Below are positions 17,853 to 27,064 of a stretch of 64,000 nt of DNA, piece after piece (position 1 is the first letter of the stretch; the number at the start of each line of letters is the position of its first letter). The translations under genes and the position numbers were made by a program. This DNA comes from Candidatus Atabeyarchaeum deiterrae (GTDB taxonomy: Archaea; Asgardarchaeota; Atabeyarchaeia; Atabeyarchaeales; Atabeyarchaeaceae): NCBI GenBank assembly GCA_037310415.1, contig CP147780.1, forward strand, positions 2,272,001 to 2,336,000, read 5' to 3'. The notes beneath the pieces were generated by a model that saw only the letters and a list, made by a program, of their open reading frames with translations, was not told where the DNA came from and made no database searches.

Positions 17853-19295
17853 TTGGCGAAGAAGAAGCCAGACAAGGCTCAAGTGGCGACAGAGGCGTCT
17901 GGAAGAGTTCGAACCCTGACGACGATAAGTTACGCAAACATGGTCAACGCCGGCGACACCCAGTTGGTTTCGAACCTTTGGCCCCAAATCATGGGCAGCA
18001 CGATCAACCCAGGCCCTGCAGCGCTTGGCGGAATGTTCACAGCAAGTAGGATACTTCAGTCAGTGACCGCACCAGCGTGGGGGTGGTGGAGTGACAGGTA
18101 CTCAAGGAGACGCATACTCTCCATTGGGTGCTTCATATGGGCTGTGTTTACAATAATGACAGGTCTGGCTTCACAGAGTATCGACTTGCTCGTATGGCAA
18201 CTACTTATGGGGGTAGGTCTAGCCGTGATCGTTCCAACTACTCAATCGTTAGTTGCAGACTACTACCCTCCACAAAAGAGAGGAAAAGCCTTTGGAATAT
18301 TGGGGTTAGCCGGATTATTGGGAGCTATCTTTGGAACGATTTTCGCGACTGGCGTGGCTGGGTTAGGCGAGATTACGCTCTTGGGCTTAACGATAGAGAG
18401 TTGGAGATTCGTCCTATTCACCTGGGGTCTTCTAAGCTTGTTCACTGGCGTGGTTGTGTTGCTGTTTGCCAAGGATCCTCTTCGGGGAGGGCTTGAGCCT
18501 GAACTGACGAAGGTCCTGACACAACAGAAAGCCGAGAGGTACAAGGTCAAGAGATCAGACTACAAGAAAATCCTAACAAATAGAACATTCGTTCTGATAC
18601 TTGTCCAAGGAGTTGCTGGCTCAATACCGTGGACAGGACTTCTCTTCTTGATCACTTGGCTACAATACGTGGGATTCGAATCGCTAACATCAGGCATAAT
18701 ACTTGCCTTCATGATTCTGGGAACGGCAATGGGAAACCTCTTTGGAGGACTGATTGGTGATAGGGCAGCAAGGTGGCGCCCACGAAGTGGCAGGATCTTG
18801 ATTGCCCAAATCTCAGTGTTTTCAGGGATACCCATGACGTACGTAATGTTTCTGCTGATCCCAATGAGGATGGACTCGATAATACTATACACCCTCGCGG
18901 GAGCTTTCACTGGTTTCCTGATATCGTGGTGTTCGAATGCCTGCAACAGTCCTATCTTCAGCGAGATCTTTGAACCAGAGATAAGAAGCACAGTATACTC
19001 AGTAGATACCATGATTGAAGGGTCGGCAGGCGCAATAGGAACATTGCTAGTGGGCGCATTAGCAGAGATCTTCTTCGGTTACAAGCCAGTCCCGCCGAAT
19101 GTGGTGATATCCACTTTGCCGGAGGCAATAAGAATCCCGAACGCTTTGGCACTCTCCAACGCGATGTTCTTGACTGCTTTTATTCCATGGACGCTTTGTC
19201 TGATCTTCTACACGTTTGTGTACAAAACCTATCCTAGAGACATTGAAAAAATGCGCAAAAAGCTAGAGCGAAGAGGAAAGGAATTGGAAAGATAG
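17853..19295 (+). CDS. MFS transporter
   Basis: GWWSDRYSRR and GLIGDRAA motif A; about 12 TM segments. Confidence 0.9.
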   Translation: MAKKKPDKAQVATEASGRVRTLTTISYANMVNAGDTQLVSNLWPQIMGSTINPGPAALGGMFTASRILQSVTAPAWGWWSDRYSRRRILSIGCFIWAVFTIMTGLASQSIDLLVWQLLMGVGLAVIVPTTQSLVADYYPPQKRGKAFGILGLAGLLGAIFGTIFATGVAGLGEITLLGLTIESWRFVLFTWGLLSLFTGVVVLLFAKDPLRGGLEPELTKVLTQQKAERYKVKRSDYKKILTNRTFVLILVQGVAGSIPWTGLLFLITWLQYVGFESLTSGIILAFMILGTAMGNLFGGLIGDRAARWRPRSGRILIAQISVFSGIPMTYVMFLLIPMRMDSIILYTLAGAFTGFLISWCSNACNSPIFSEIFEPEIRSTVYSVDTMIEGSAGAIGTLLVGALAEIFFGYKPVPPNVVISTLPEAIRIPNALALSNAMFLTAFIPWTLCLIFYTFVYKTYPRDIEKMRKKLERRGKELER

Positions 19296-19303
19296 TATCT
19301 CGA

Positions 19304-20422
19304 CTACTTGATCCCAATTTTTCTTGCAGCACGAGAGTAGAGGTCGTTGCGGTCTACTGATTTCCCTGTTTTCGCTGACAGGACTCCCATTAGAGCCATC
19401 TCGACCGCTACCTTGCCCTCCTCACCTCGGTACTGTGGTTCCCTATTGTTGAGGACGGAATCCACGAACTCTTTTACTTCCTCTCTGAAGGACAGAGTGT
19501 AGAACATTGGCATTGGCATATGTTCCACTTCAGGTTTTTCCCATTCCTCCGTAAGATTCTCCCCTTTGCTGGAGAAGAACTTTATCGGCTTCTCCCATGC
19601 CGTGTCCATTAGGATAGTTCCTTCAGTTCCATAGAACTCGAACCTGATGAAGGCGGGGCTGCCGATGGTCTCACTTAGAAAAGCTTCCCCAACGGCTCCT
19701 TTTTTAAATTTCAGCAGTACTATGGCGTTGTCGTCTTCCTTCTCCTTGGTTGCAACATGTTCAAGCAGACCTGCTCGAACCGTGTCCACGTCTCCAAGCA
19801 CGTATCTAAACGCAGAGCAAACATGGACTCCAGCATCGAACCACACTCCACCCCCAGCTTTGTCGGGTGTGCAGTGCCATGACTCAGGATCGACTATTTT
19901 CGCAACTTCGTTGAGGCACTCAGAGCCTCGCGCAAAGAATACTTCACCAATCCTACCGCTGTCTATGATCTCCTTGATCTTGACCATCGTGGGCATGAAC
20001 CTGTAAGTCTCAGCTATCATCAGCTTAACCTTTGTCTCTTTTGCTGCCTCGATCATTCGGTCGCAGTCTTCCAGCGATGTCGCCATCGGCTTCTCGCACA
20101 GAACATGTTTGCCATTCTTTGCAGCCTCAATCGCGACCTCGGCATGCATGTTGTGAGGCAAGCATATTGACACAGCGTCAATATCCTTTCTATTCACGAG
20201 GTCATGCCAGTTGGTGTAGTGGGCATCCATTTCATATTCCTTTGCCATCTTACTTGCAGCTTCTTCGTCAATATCGCAAGAAGCCATCATCTTCACGTTG
20301 CCCTCATCTATGTGTGGGCGAAATGCTACACCGTGCATACAGCCAGCAAAACCGCATCCTATTATTCCGACTCGTATTGGTGGCACCTTCAAACCTCCTT
20401 CTTCGCGATAGTTCGCCGGCAT
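19304..20422 (-). CDS. Gfo/Idh/MocA family oxidoreductase
   Basis: VGIIGCG, GKHVLCEKPMA, GGGVWFDAGVH. Confidence 0.92.
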   Translation of the reverse strand: MPANYREEGGLKVPPIRVGIIGCGFAGCMHGVAFRPHIDEGNVKMMASCDIDEEAASKMAKEYEMDAHYTNWHDLVNRKDIDAVSICLPHNMHAEVAIEAAKNGKHVLCEKPMATSLEDCDRMIEAAKETKVKLMIAETYRFMPTMVKIKEIIDSGRIGEVFFARGSECLNEVAKIVDPESWHCTPDKAGGGVWFDAGVHVCSAFRYVLGDVDTVRAGLLEHVATKEKEDDNAIVLLKFKKGAVGEAFLSETIGSPAFIRFEFYGTEGTILMDTAWEKPIKFFSSKGENLTEEWEKPEVEHMPMPMFYTLSFREEVKEFVDSVLNNREPQYRGEEGKVAVEMALMGVLSAKTGKSVDRNDLYSRAARKIGIK

Positions 20423-20668
20423 TAGATCTGGCTAGGTCTAACTTAAGGTTTTTCTTCTCGAGAAAATCGCTTGATGCTACGATCACGATTGTTACTGGGG
20501 AATGGACTAGCACGACTTTGGTCCAGTAATCTTGATACTATCTCTTTAGAAGGGCTCAAGTCTATTACAACTGTGCTGAAAAGTTCGCACCGTGAGACGC
20601 GAAGTTCTATAAAACGCTCTGAAACATACGCAATCGAGTTCAGATTCGCTCAAAAAGGTCCAACTGGG

Positions 20669-21418
20669 CTAGCCAACTAATCTCATGATACGAGGTCTAC
20701 CATCAATGATCTCGTATCCAACGTCATCCATGCAGTACCCACTAATCGGAGACTGCTTCACACGGACAAATCTTTGAAACTTGTTCTCCTCAACCTTTCT
20801 CGCTGACAAAACGATTATTCCGTCATGCAAATGCTCAAATGAAACAATCACGGTCTCATCAAACATCTTTGGACTTAAAACAGTCAAAACTACAGAATTA
20901 GCCTGTCTGATAATGTCGATGCCTGCCTTCATTACCCTGTAGGTTGGCTCAAACTTGTAGCGCATGAGTTGCGAAGACAAAGAGTATATGACAGATCGGG
21001 AACCATTGAATTTTCCACTACCGACTCTCATTTCGTGAATCTTCGCCAAGTCATAAAAGATCCGAAGCACGGCATTGGGATCACTTATATTGCCAGCCAG
21101 CAGAATTGGGCCCTTTCCTTCAGGGTCGTAGTTTCCTTCGCCCCACAGATCAGCGACGACCATGGACCCCGAGTCCATTGCCTCCCTCATTTTTACCTGA
21201 TAGTTCGCAAGCCTGCTGATGATTTGATTATGTTCCATATCGTAGTCTAGGACGCCACAGATGTCTCCCTCGCTCAGTCCTTGATTGAGGAAGGCAGCTA
21301 TGAACGCTAGCTCCTCGGTTCCTGATTCGGCCTCCACCAAGCAAGCGCTGCCAGGGAGAAAACCTCCCCCTACCAACTTGTCGAGTTCGCCTATACCAGA
21401 ACTCAAAGAATTCACCAT
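20669..21418 (-). CDS. KaiC/RAD55-like protein with degenerate Walker A and B
   Basis: SSGIGELDKLVGGG, AESGTEEL in place of GxxGxGKT, VIYSLS in place of VIDS. Confidence 0.8.
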   Translation of the reverse strand: MVNSLSSGIGELDKLVGGGFLPGSACLVEAESGTEELAFIAAFLNQGLSEGDICGVLDYDMEHNQIISRLANYQVKMREAMDSGSMVVADLWGEGNYDPEGKGPILLAGNISDPNAVLRIFYDLAKIHEMRVGSGKFNGSRSVIYSLSSQLMRYKFEPTYRVMKAGIDIIRQANSVVLTVLSPKMFDETVIVSFEHLHDGIIVLSARKVEENKFQRFVRVKQSPISGYCMDDVGYEIIDGRPRIMRLVG

Positions 21419-21510
21419 TTCTAATCATCAGCCTCGTGCAACCACGGATTCCTTTGATTTATCGATTTGCACACAACTTGCCCACAATCTCGTCTGGGCC
21501 GCTCCTCCAT

Positions 21511-22947
21511 TCAGACTATTGGCGTAAGTTTGGGTAGCGGATATCCTTTGGACGTGTCCAACTCAACCACATGCAGACCTGTTCTTGGCTTTATTCCGCG
21601 CAGAATCAGTGCCCCGTTTCTCCTCATCAGCCTCAGGTGCACATCCGCTACTGCGCTCAACGTTTTAGACAGATCTTCAGAGGCGGGTCTTAGCACTAGT
21701 ATCCCAAGATTCCCCCTTTCTCTAAGTCTGATGGCGTCCAAGTTCCATATCCTAGCAGATGTATCCGCGCCGTAGAACGCTATTAGGGAGTCTCCTCCCG
21801 TAATGCGGAGTACAGGCTTTCCAGTATTTCTCATTAACTCTTCTTCAATGCGATGATATTCCCCGTATTCGTCTACAACACTCGTTTCACCGAACGGAGT
21901 AGCCACACGGTCATCTGAGTATCCCTTCGGTGTGATATTCCAGATCTTGAATAGATGGCCTATTTCCTCTTGTGAGAACCCATCATTCAGCGCCTGTTTC
22001 TTTATCGTGTTCTGGTCAACGCCTGCCGAAGCAATAACTAGTTCAGCTCGTCCATTTGCCCAGAAGTTGAATACGGTCGGGTTTAGGATCATGTAGGATT
22101 GTTTGGCTGATATTCTTTCATCAATCTCCAGTAGGACGCTTGAACCTTTGGGATAGCCTCCACCTAGCAGAGTATCAAGATCTGCAGATCCAGTGGAGAA
22201 CCTACCATCCTGATCAGCTATCGGAGTGAATCTTCGTGGTTCTTCAACATCCTTTGTCTTGAAGGGCGCAAAAGCCTTGAAGCCTCCTTCAAGTGTGAAA
22301 ACCAGCTTTCTTTCCGGTATTCTTGTTCCCCGTACCTTCCTGAGTTCCAGCTCTCTGAACGGGTGGCCTTCAAACTGATCCACGCTCAGCTTTACGACGG
22401 TATCGGCTACGAACTCTTCTACGCCCACACCAATTTGGTCTTGGCCAGTTGGAATTTCAACGACGAGGATTGTCGTGCACCGTAAATGCCTAACAATCTT
22501 CCTAAGAATTGTATGTACGATGACACGTGCATCTATCTTGTCCCTAAATGCCTGAGTCATGGCAGTGAAGCTGTCTATGACCAACCTGCTAGCTTTCGTC
22601 TCTTCTGCCATCACCTGGATTGACTGCAGCAGAGTCGGCGTGCCACCCTCTTTCGAGGTAACAAGGTCAAGGAACTGACATTTTTCCTTGCGACTGCATA
22701 TTTCGCAGTCACGATTCAGGTGCTTGGACATGTTGTTGGTGAAGGTCTCTTTATTCTCGGCGAATGACGCGTATACCCCTGTTTCACCCAAATTGGCACC
22801 TTTGCACAAGAAGCTCGTTGCGAAAACGGTCTTGCCTGTGCCGGGATTGCCAGCCAGAATGATAAGGCTTCCCTTTTGGAAGCCTCCTTCAATCATCTCG
22901 TCAAGCCCATCTATGCCAGTTGGAGCTCTTTCAGAACTCACAAACAA
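21511..22947 (-). CDS. Two-domain KaiC/GvpD-like ATPase (intact N domain, degenerate C domain)
   Basis: PTGIDGLD, GNPGTGKT, LVIDSF, KVRGT; second STGSADLDTLLGGG; GvpD-like tail GIKPRT..GYP.PKLTPIV. Confidence 0.85.
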   Translation of the reverse strand: MFVSSERAPTGIDGLDEMIEGGFQKGSLIILAGNPGTGKTVFATSFLCKGANLGETGVYASFAENKETFTNNMSKHLNRDCEICSRKEKCQFLDLVTSKEGGTPTLLQSIQVMAEETKASRLVIDSFTAMTQAFRDKIDARVIVHTILRKIVRHLRCTTILVVEIPTGQDQIGVGVEEFVADTVVKLSVDQFEGHPFRELELRKVRGTRIPERKLVFTLEGGFKAFAPFKTKDVEEPRRFTPIADQDGRFSTGSADLDTLLGGGYPKGSSVLLEIDERISAKQSYMILNPTVFNFWANGRAELVIASAGVDQNTIKKQALNDGFSQEEIGHLFKIWNITPKGYSDDRVATPFGETSVVDEYGEYHRIEEELMRNTGKPVLRITGGDSLIAFYGADTSARIWNLDAIRLRERGNLGILVLRPASEDLSKTLSAVADVHLRLMRRNGALILRGIKPRTGLHVVELDTSKGYPLPKLTPIV

Positions 22948-23007
22948 CCCCCCAAATTAACTACGACATTTTATGAGGTTTAGGTTTGTTCTTGGTCGAC
23001 TCGTTTC

Positions 23008-23103
23008 TCACACTAACGTTGAGAACAGGATGAGGCTTCCCTGAGGGAAGCCTCTTTCGACCATTGTGTCAGTCCCCTCCGCAGCTCTTGCAACCGTCTT
23101 AGA
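23008..23103 (-). pseudogene. Degenerate duplicate of the 5' end of the adjacent KaiC/GvpD-like gene
   Basis: 23029-23079 aligns with 22861-22911 (168-bp offset); translates EGTDTMVERGFPQGSLIL vs DGLDEMIEGGFQKGSLII, then stops. Confidence 0.7.
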
Positions 23104-23216
23104 AGTCTAACATTTAAGATTTAACCGGAAACTTGTCGGTATTTGTCCGATCAAATCAGGTGTTAGCTCCCCCATTTCCAGTACTAATACCGCCGACTCG
23201 AAACATATATCTCTGA

Positions 23217-23276
23217 GGTTTACAATAGTTCTCAATGGTTTACAATAATTCTCTTTGTACTACTTTGTAGTACTAC
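23217..23276. promoter_or_regulatory. Putative operator array upstream of the RHH regulator
   Basis: Direct repeat GGTTTACAATA(G/A)TTCTC at 23217-33 and 23237-53; palindrome GTACTAC-TTT-GTAGTAC 23257-73. Confidence 0.6.
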
Positions 23277-23292
23277 GAGGGGGAGAATCCGA

Positions 23293-23841
23293 ATGAGTGC
23301 CGAAAGAAAGAAGACGATTTTGAGGACGATTCGCATTACGCAAGAGCTAGACGATCTTCTGAAGGTTGATGCGCAGGAGAGCAACTTGAGCGTAAATGCC
23401 CTCATTGACAAAATAATGATGAAATACACAGAATGGGACAGACATGCTAAGAAATTTGGCTTCGTCTCCCTCTCCAGTGAAACCTTCCGATCCATACTGA
23501 ATGAGGTTGACGACAGTGGGGCAGAGCGCCTTGGCTTGAACCTAGGCGGTAGCGTAGGTAAGGCTCTCACAATGTTCTGGTTCAGGAAAGTGAACTTGGA
23601 GAACTTTCTGGAGTTGATCTCGCTCTATGGCAAGTATACTGGCGATTTCACGTGCCAGATCACGCAAAATGGAAAAGGCTACATGATCACCCTTCACCAC
23701 AGTCTCGGGAGAAAATGGTCGGTCTATTTAAAGAATTTCATTAGCGAATTTATCAGAACTGTCACAGGAGTTCTTCCTCAAACTGATATCTCTGATGCTT
23801 CAATCGTCATTAGTTCCCACGCGCGCCCGTCGGGAGGCTGA
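23293..23841 (+). CDS. Ribbon-helix-helix regulator with C-terminal ligand-binding-like domain
   Basis: RTIRITQELDDLLKVDAQESNLSVNALIDKIM RHH pattern; HSLGRKWS C-domain. Confidence 0.75.
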   Translation: MSAERKKTILRTIRITQELDDLLKVDAQESNLSVNALIDKIMMKYTEWDRHAKKFGFVSLSSETFRSILNEVDDSGAERLGLNLGGSVGKALTMFWFRKVNLENFLELISLYGKYTGDFTCQITQNGKGYMITLHHSLGRKWSVYLKNFISEFIRTVTGVLPQTDISDASIVISSHARPSGG

Positions 23842-24195
23842 GATCGAGAGACTCTATTGGTATCCCAGGTTTCCCTCTAGTGCGTGTCACCTAACCTCAT
23901 GACCTTCCCGTGCCAGTTTTTGCAGTGCCTGCCTGCATCACAATCTCTCCTCAATAAGAGAAGGTAGTTGACTGAGGAATCGCTTGAACGCATTCGATTG
24001 GTTTCAAGTGAAGTCTTTTCTGGAGCGGCAAGTCTGCGGTTAGATATCGTGAAGATGTCTATGTGGCGTCGTACGCGACTGATTGTTTGAATGCTGTGTG
24101 CTCATTCAAGTGACGTTGCAAGGCTTTTCCCTCGAGCTGTGGGATGGTTTATAAACTGCGCAACGTATTCCTTCCTTTGGACGGAGGGCTCCCTT

Positions 24196-24678
24196 TTGGC
24201 TCTGAGAGTGGAAATTGATGAGATAGATGCGAAGATTATCAGAGCCTTGCAGAGAGATGCTCGCACGAGTTTCGCGAATATCGCTGCGGCCTGTGGCGTT
24301 TCAACCGACACAATCAGCAAGCGGTTCAAGAGAATGAAGAGGAATGGTGTCATCATTAGAACGACGCTGCTTTTGAACCCCAAGAGTGTTGGATACGAAC
24401 ATATGGCCAGCATTGGGATCCGCGCGGAGTTCTCTCATGTGCAAGAGGTCATTAACCATATTAGGAGGATGCCTGAGCTTAGTTTCTGCCGCCCGTCTTT
24501 GGGCATATACAATGTATATGCCATGGTTTTTGCGAAGAACCTTGAGAGCTTTGCGCAACTGAAAGACCACATAAAGGAACAATCTTGGGTGAGCGCGGTA
24601 ACGATGAGCATCTGGATCGATTCTCCTAATCCGAATTCCTTTAAGAACATTGAACTCGAATTTGAAGGGAGGAAGTGA
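24196..24678 (+). CDS. Lrp/AsnC family regulator
   Basis: IDEIDAKIIRALQRDARTSFANIA..GVS HTH; start set at TTG 24196 after GGAGG; TTTATAAA upstream. Confidence 0.85.
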   Translation: MALRVEIDEIDAKIIRALQRDARTSFANIAAACGVSTDTISKRFKRMKRNGVIIRTTLLLNPKSVGYEHMASIGIRAEFSHVQEVINHIRRMPELSFCRPSLGIYNVYAMVFAKNLESFAQLKDHIKEQSWVSAVTMSIWIDSPNPNSFKNIELEFEGRK

Positions 24679-24682
24679 GAGA

Positions 24683-25192
24683 ATGGACAAGACGGACTTC
24701 GCTATTGTCAGCAGGCTAGTGCAGGATGCTCGTATGCCCTTCAGGAGGATTGCAAAGGAACTCGGTGTCTCAACAGATACCGTGACAAGAAGATATTCTG
24801 CGCTGAAAAAGCAGGGCGTTATCTTTGGAGCGACTGTCACAATTGATCCCAAAGTGATTGGATTTCAAGGATTGGCCGTATTCCTAATTGACATTTCACC
24901 TTTTTGCTCCCTAAAAAAAGATTCCGTTCGCTACGATTCTTTGTCGGTCTTGAAAGAATTAGCGAAGATGCCGAATGTGTTTCAGCCCACAAGGACTGTT
25001 GGAGATCATGATTTGTTATGCTTTGCGGCAATCAAAGATCTTGACCACTTGATTAGGATCAGAAACGATATTGCGGCAATACCCAGTGTTAGAGACATTC
25101 AGGGGACATGCTGGACTGAATTTCTAGAGTTTCCTAACCTTCAGGGTCATCACCGACTCTTCTTGCGTTCCGATCCTACTGTGGACATTTGA
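24683..25192 (+). CDS. Lrp/AsnC family regulator (tandem paralog)
   Basis: MDKTDFAIVSRLVQDARMPFRRIAKELGVS; GGAGG SD. Confidence 0.85.
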   Translation: MDKTDFAIVSRLVQDARMPFRRIAKELGVSTDTVTRRYSALKKQGVIFGATVTIDPKVIGFQGLAVFLIDISPFCSLKKDSVRYDSLSVLKELAKMPNVFQPTRTVGDHDLLCFAAIKDLDHLIRIRNDIAAIPSVRDIQGTCWTEFLEFPNLQGHHRLFLRSDPTVDI

Positions 25193-25284
25193 CGCATTCT
25201 GCTGACTTGTCGGTGAACCCGGAAACCGAAGTTGAATCGTTGGTCGCAACCAGTTCGTGGAGAGCGGGGGCAATCCTTTTTCGC

Positions 25285-25791
25285 TTACTTCTCTTGGATA
25301 CCTGTTGGTTTGAAGTACTTTATGTCACTCATAGTTCCTTTTCTTTCCTCGCTCCAGACAGCCTTGACTCTTGATCCCACTGGCATCTTCTTGTAGTCTT
25401 CTTTCTGGTTCCCCAAGGGCACTCCTCCGATGAACCAGAGCAGACCAGTGTCAGCCCCGTCAAGCTTAATGCCGCCAATGGCATATGGCGGCTTGGGCAA
25501 CCCCGTGAATTGAACGTAGCATATTGTGAAAGTCTGAATGACTCCTGTGTCTTTGACTTCAACCCAATCTGTTGTTGGAACAAAACATCGCTCACAGAAA
25601 TTCCTCGGAGGGATCAGAACCCTGTTGCACCGGGGGCACTTGGTTCCCATTATCTTCTTGTTCTTTAGTTCGGTGAAGAACTTCGTCGCCGCTTTTCCGC
25701 CAGAATGAACATAGGGGATATTCCATCGACCTGGAAACTCTAGGAATACGTCTTTCTTCTCCTTCTCAGCGCCTTTACTCCCAGTACTCAT
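25285..25791 (-). CDS. DUF35 Zn-ribbon/OB-fold protein (ChsH2-like thiolase/aldolase partner)
   Basis: CPRC..PPRNFCERC, OB-fold IKLDGADT; start at ATG 25791. Confidence 0.88.
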   Translation of the reverse strand: MSTGSKGAEKEKKDVFLEFPGRWNIPYVHSGGKAATKFFTELKNKKIMGTKCPRCNRVLIPPRNFCERCFVPTTDWVEVKDTGVIQTFTICYVQFTGLPKPPYAIGGIKLDGADTGLLWFIGGVPLGNQKEDYKKMPVGSRVKAVWSEERKGTMSDIKYFKPTGIQEK

Positions 25792-25881
25792 GACTTTACA
25801 TTCACCTCTTCTTCTCACGGTTCTTGATTAGTTGATTCCGACTTGATTATGCGACTTATCTCTTGGATTCTTTACGTGCTT

Positions 25882-27048
25882 CTACGGTGTTTTTCCCAAG
25901 ATCATTAGTGTGTGAAGTGATATTGCGCCTCCCCATGCGTGTGCTATGGCTGTCTCAACATTGGGCACTTGCATTTGGCCTGATTTTCCCATGACTTGGC
26001 GTGCAGCTTCAGCCACCCTGATTAATCCTGTAGCGCCTATTGGATTGGTGGCTTGGACTCCACCTGACGGGTCGACGGGCAAATCTCCTTTCATGCCTGT
26101 GGCGCCACTTTCAACCAGCTTTCCACCTTCACCTTTGGCGCAGAAATGCAGGGCTTCGTATTCGAGTATCTCTTGACAAGCAAAGGCCTCGTAGAGCTCT
26201 GCCACTTGGAAGTCTTTTAGCGGGTTTGCTATCTTTGCCTTGCGATAGACCCGTCTTCCAAGCATTTCTAGCGTGTCCCAGTCGGCCATGTCAGGCCGTT
26301 CTCCCGGAGAATAAGCATCTGATATTGAGCCAGCGCCCTTGATCCAAGCAGGCTCCTTGCACAGCTGCTTCGCTTTGCATTCCGAGGCGAATATGACAGC
26401 AGCTGCGCCATCTGATCTTGGACAACACATGTAGAGAGTCAATGGCCATGAAATGACGCCTGAATTCATGACGTCTTTGACAGTCATGTGCAGGTGTAGG
26501 TGTGCGTTGGGATTGTTGAAGGCGTTCTCATGGTTTTTGGCTGCCACCATTGCAAAGTGCTCCATCTTCGTTCCATATTTAGCGATGTGAGCTGCGCCTT
26601 GTAAGGCTCCCGCACTAATGGCTCCAGCTCCGGTCCCTCTTTCATACACGGGATCAACTGCTGTGTTGAGCACCAGTTGGGCGTCCTCGCACTCGCCGAC
26701 TCTTTGACAGCAAACAACAAGCACTACGTCGAAAAGACCCGAGGCAACGTGGTAGTAGCCTGCCTGAGCAGCTGAACCACCAGTAGTTCCACCAGTTGAT
26801 ATTTTCATGTAAGGCTTACCGAGGGGAGCGCCAGTCGCGTCAACATCCCACCTGTCAGGGGCCTCAACTCCATCAAACGGATCCATGCAACCATAGACGA
26901 CAGCATCTACGTCTTTCAGCGTTATGCCCGCATCGTTCAAAGCTGCAGTGACAGCTTCATAGGTGATGTCTGGGTGGGTGACATCCCTTCTTTTTGTGGC
27001 TGTTTTAGTCAAACCGGTGCCAATTATAGCTGCCTTGTTGACAACCAT
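25882..27048 (-). CDS. SCP-x type thiolase-fold protein, Ltp3-like
   Basis: KPYMKISTGGTTGGSA (no nucleophilic Cys), SDGAAA, AELYEAF, PSGG..TNPIGATG, AHAWGG. Confidence 0.85.
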   Translation of the reverse strand: MVVNKAAIIGTGLTKTATKRRDVTHPDITYEAVTAALNDAGITLKDVDAVVYGCMDPFDGVEAPDRWDVDATGAPLGKPYMKISTGGTTGGSAAQAGYYHVASGLFDVVLVVCCQRVGECEDAQLVLNTAVDPVYERGTGAGAISAGALQGAAHIAKYGTKMEHFAMVAAKNHENAFNNPNAHLHLHMTVKDVMNSGVISWPLTLYMCCPRSDGAAAVIFASECKAKQLCKEPAWIKGAGSISDAYSPGERPDMADWDTLEMLGRRVYRKAKIANPLKDFQVAELYEAFACQEILEYEALHFCAKGEGGKLVESGATGMKGDLPVDPSGGVQATNPIGATGLIRVAEAARQVMGKSGQMQVPNVETAIAHAWGGAISLHTLMILGKTP

Positions 27049-27064
27049 TCTTTTTCTGCCTCCA

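Noticed and set aside
12336-22947. Circadian KaiABC clock or gas vesicle cluster
   Set aside because: No kaiA, kaiB or gvpA in the window; the domains are single or degenerate.
23032-23054. Perfect hairpin as a terminator
   Set aside because: It lies between divergent genes, and a similar stem is present in the coding copy at about 22865-22885, so duplication explains it.
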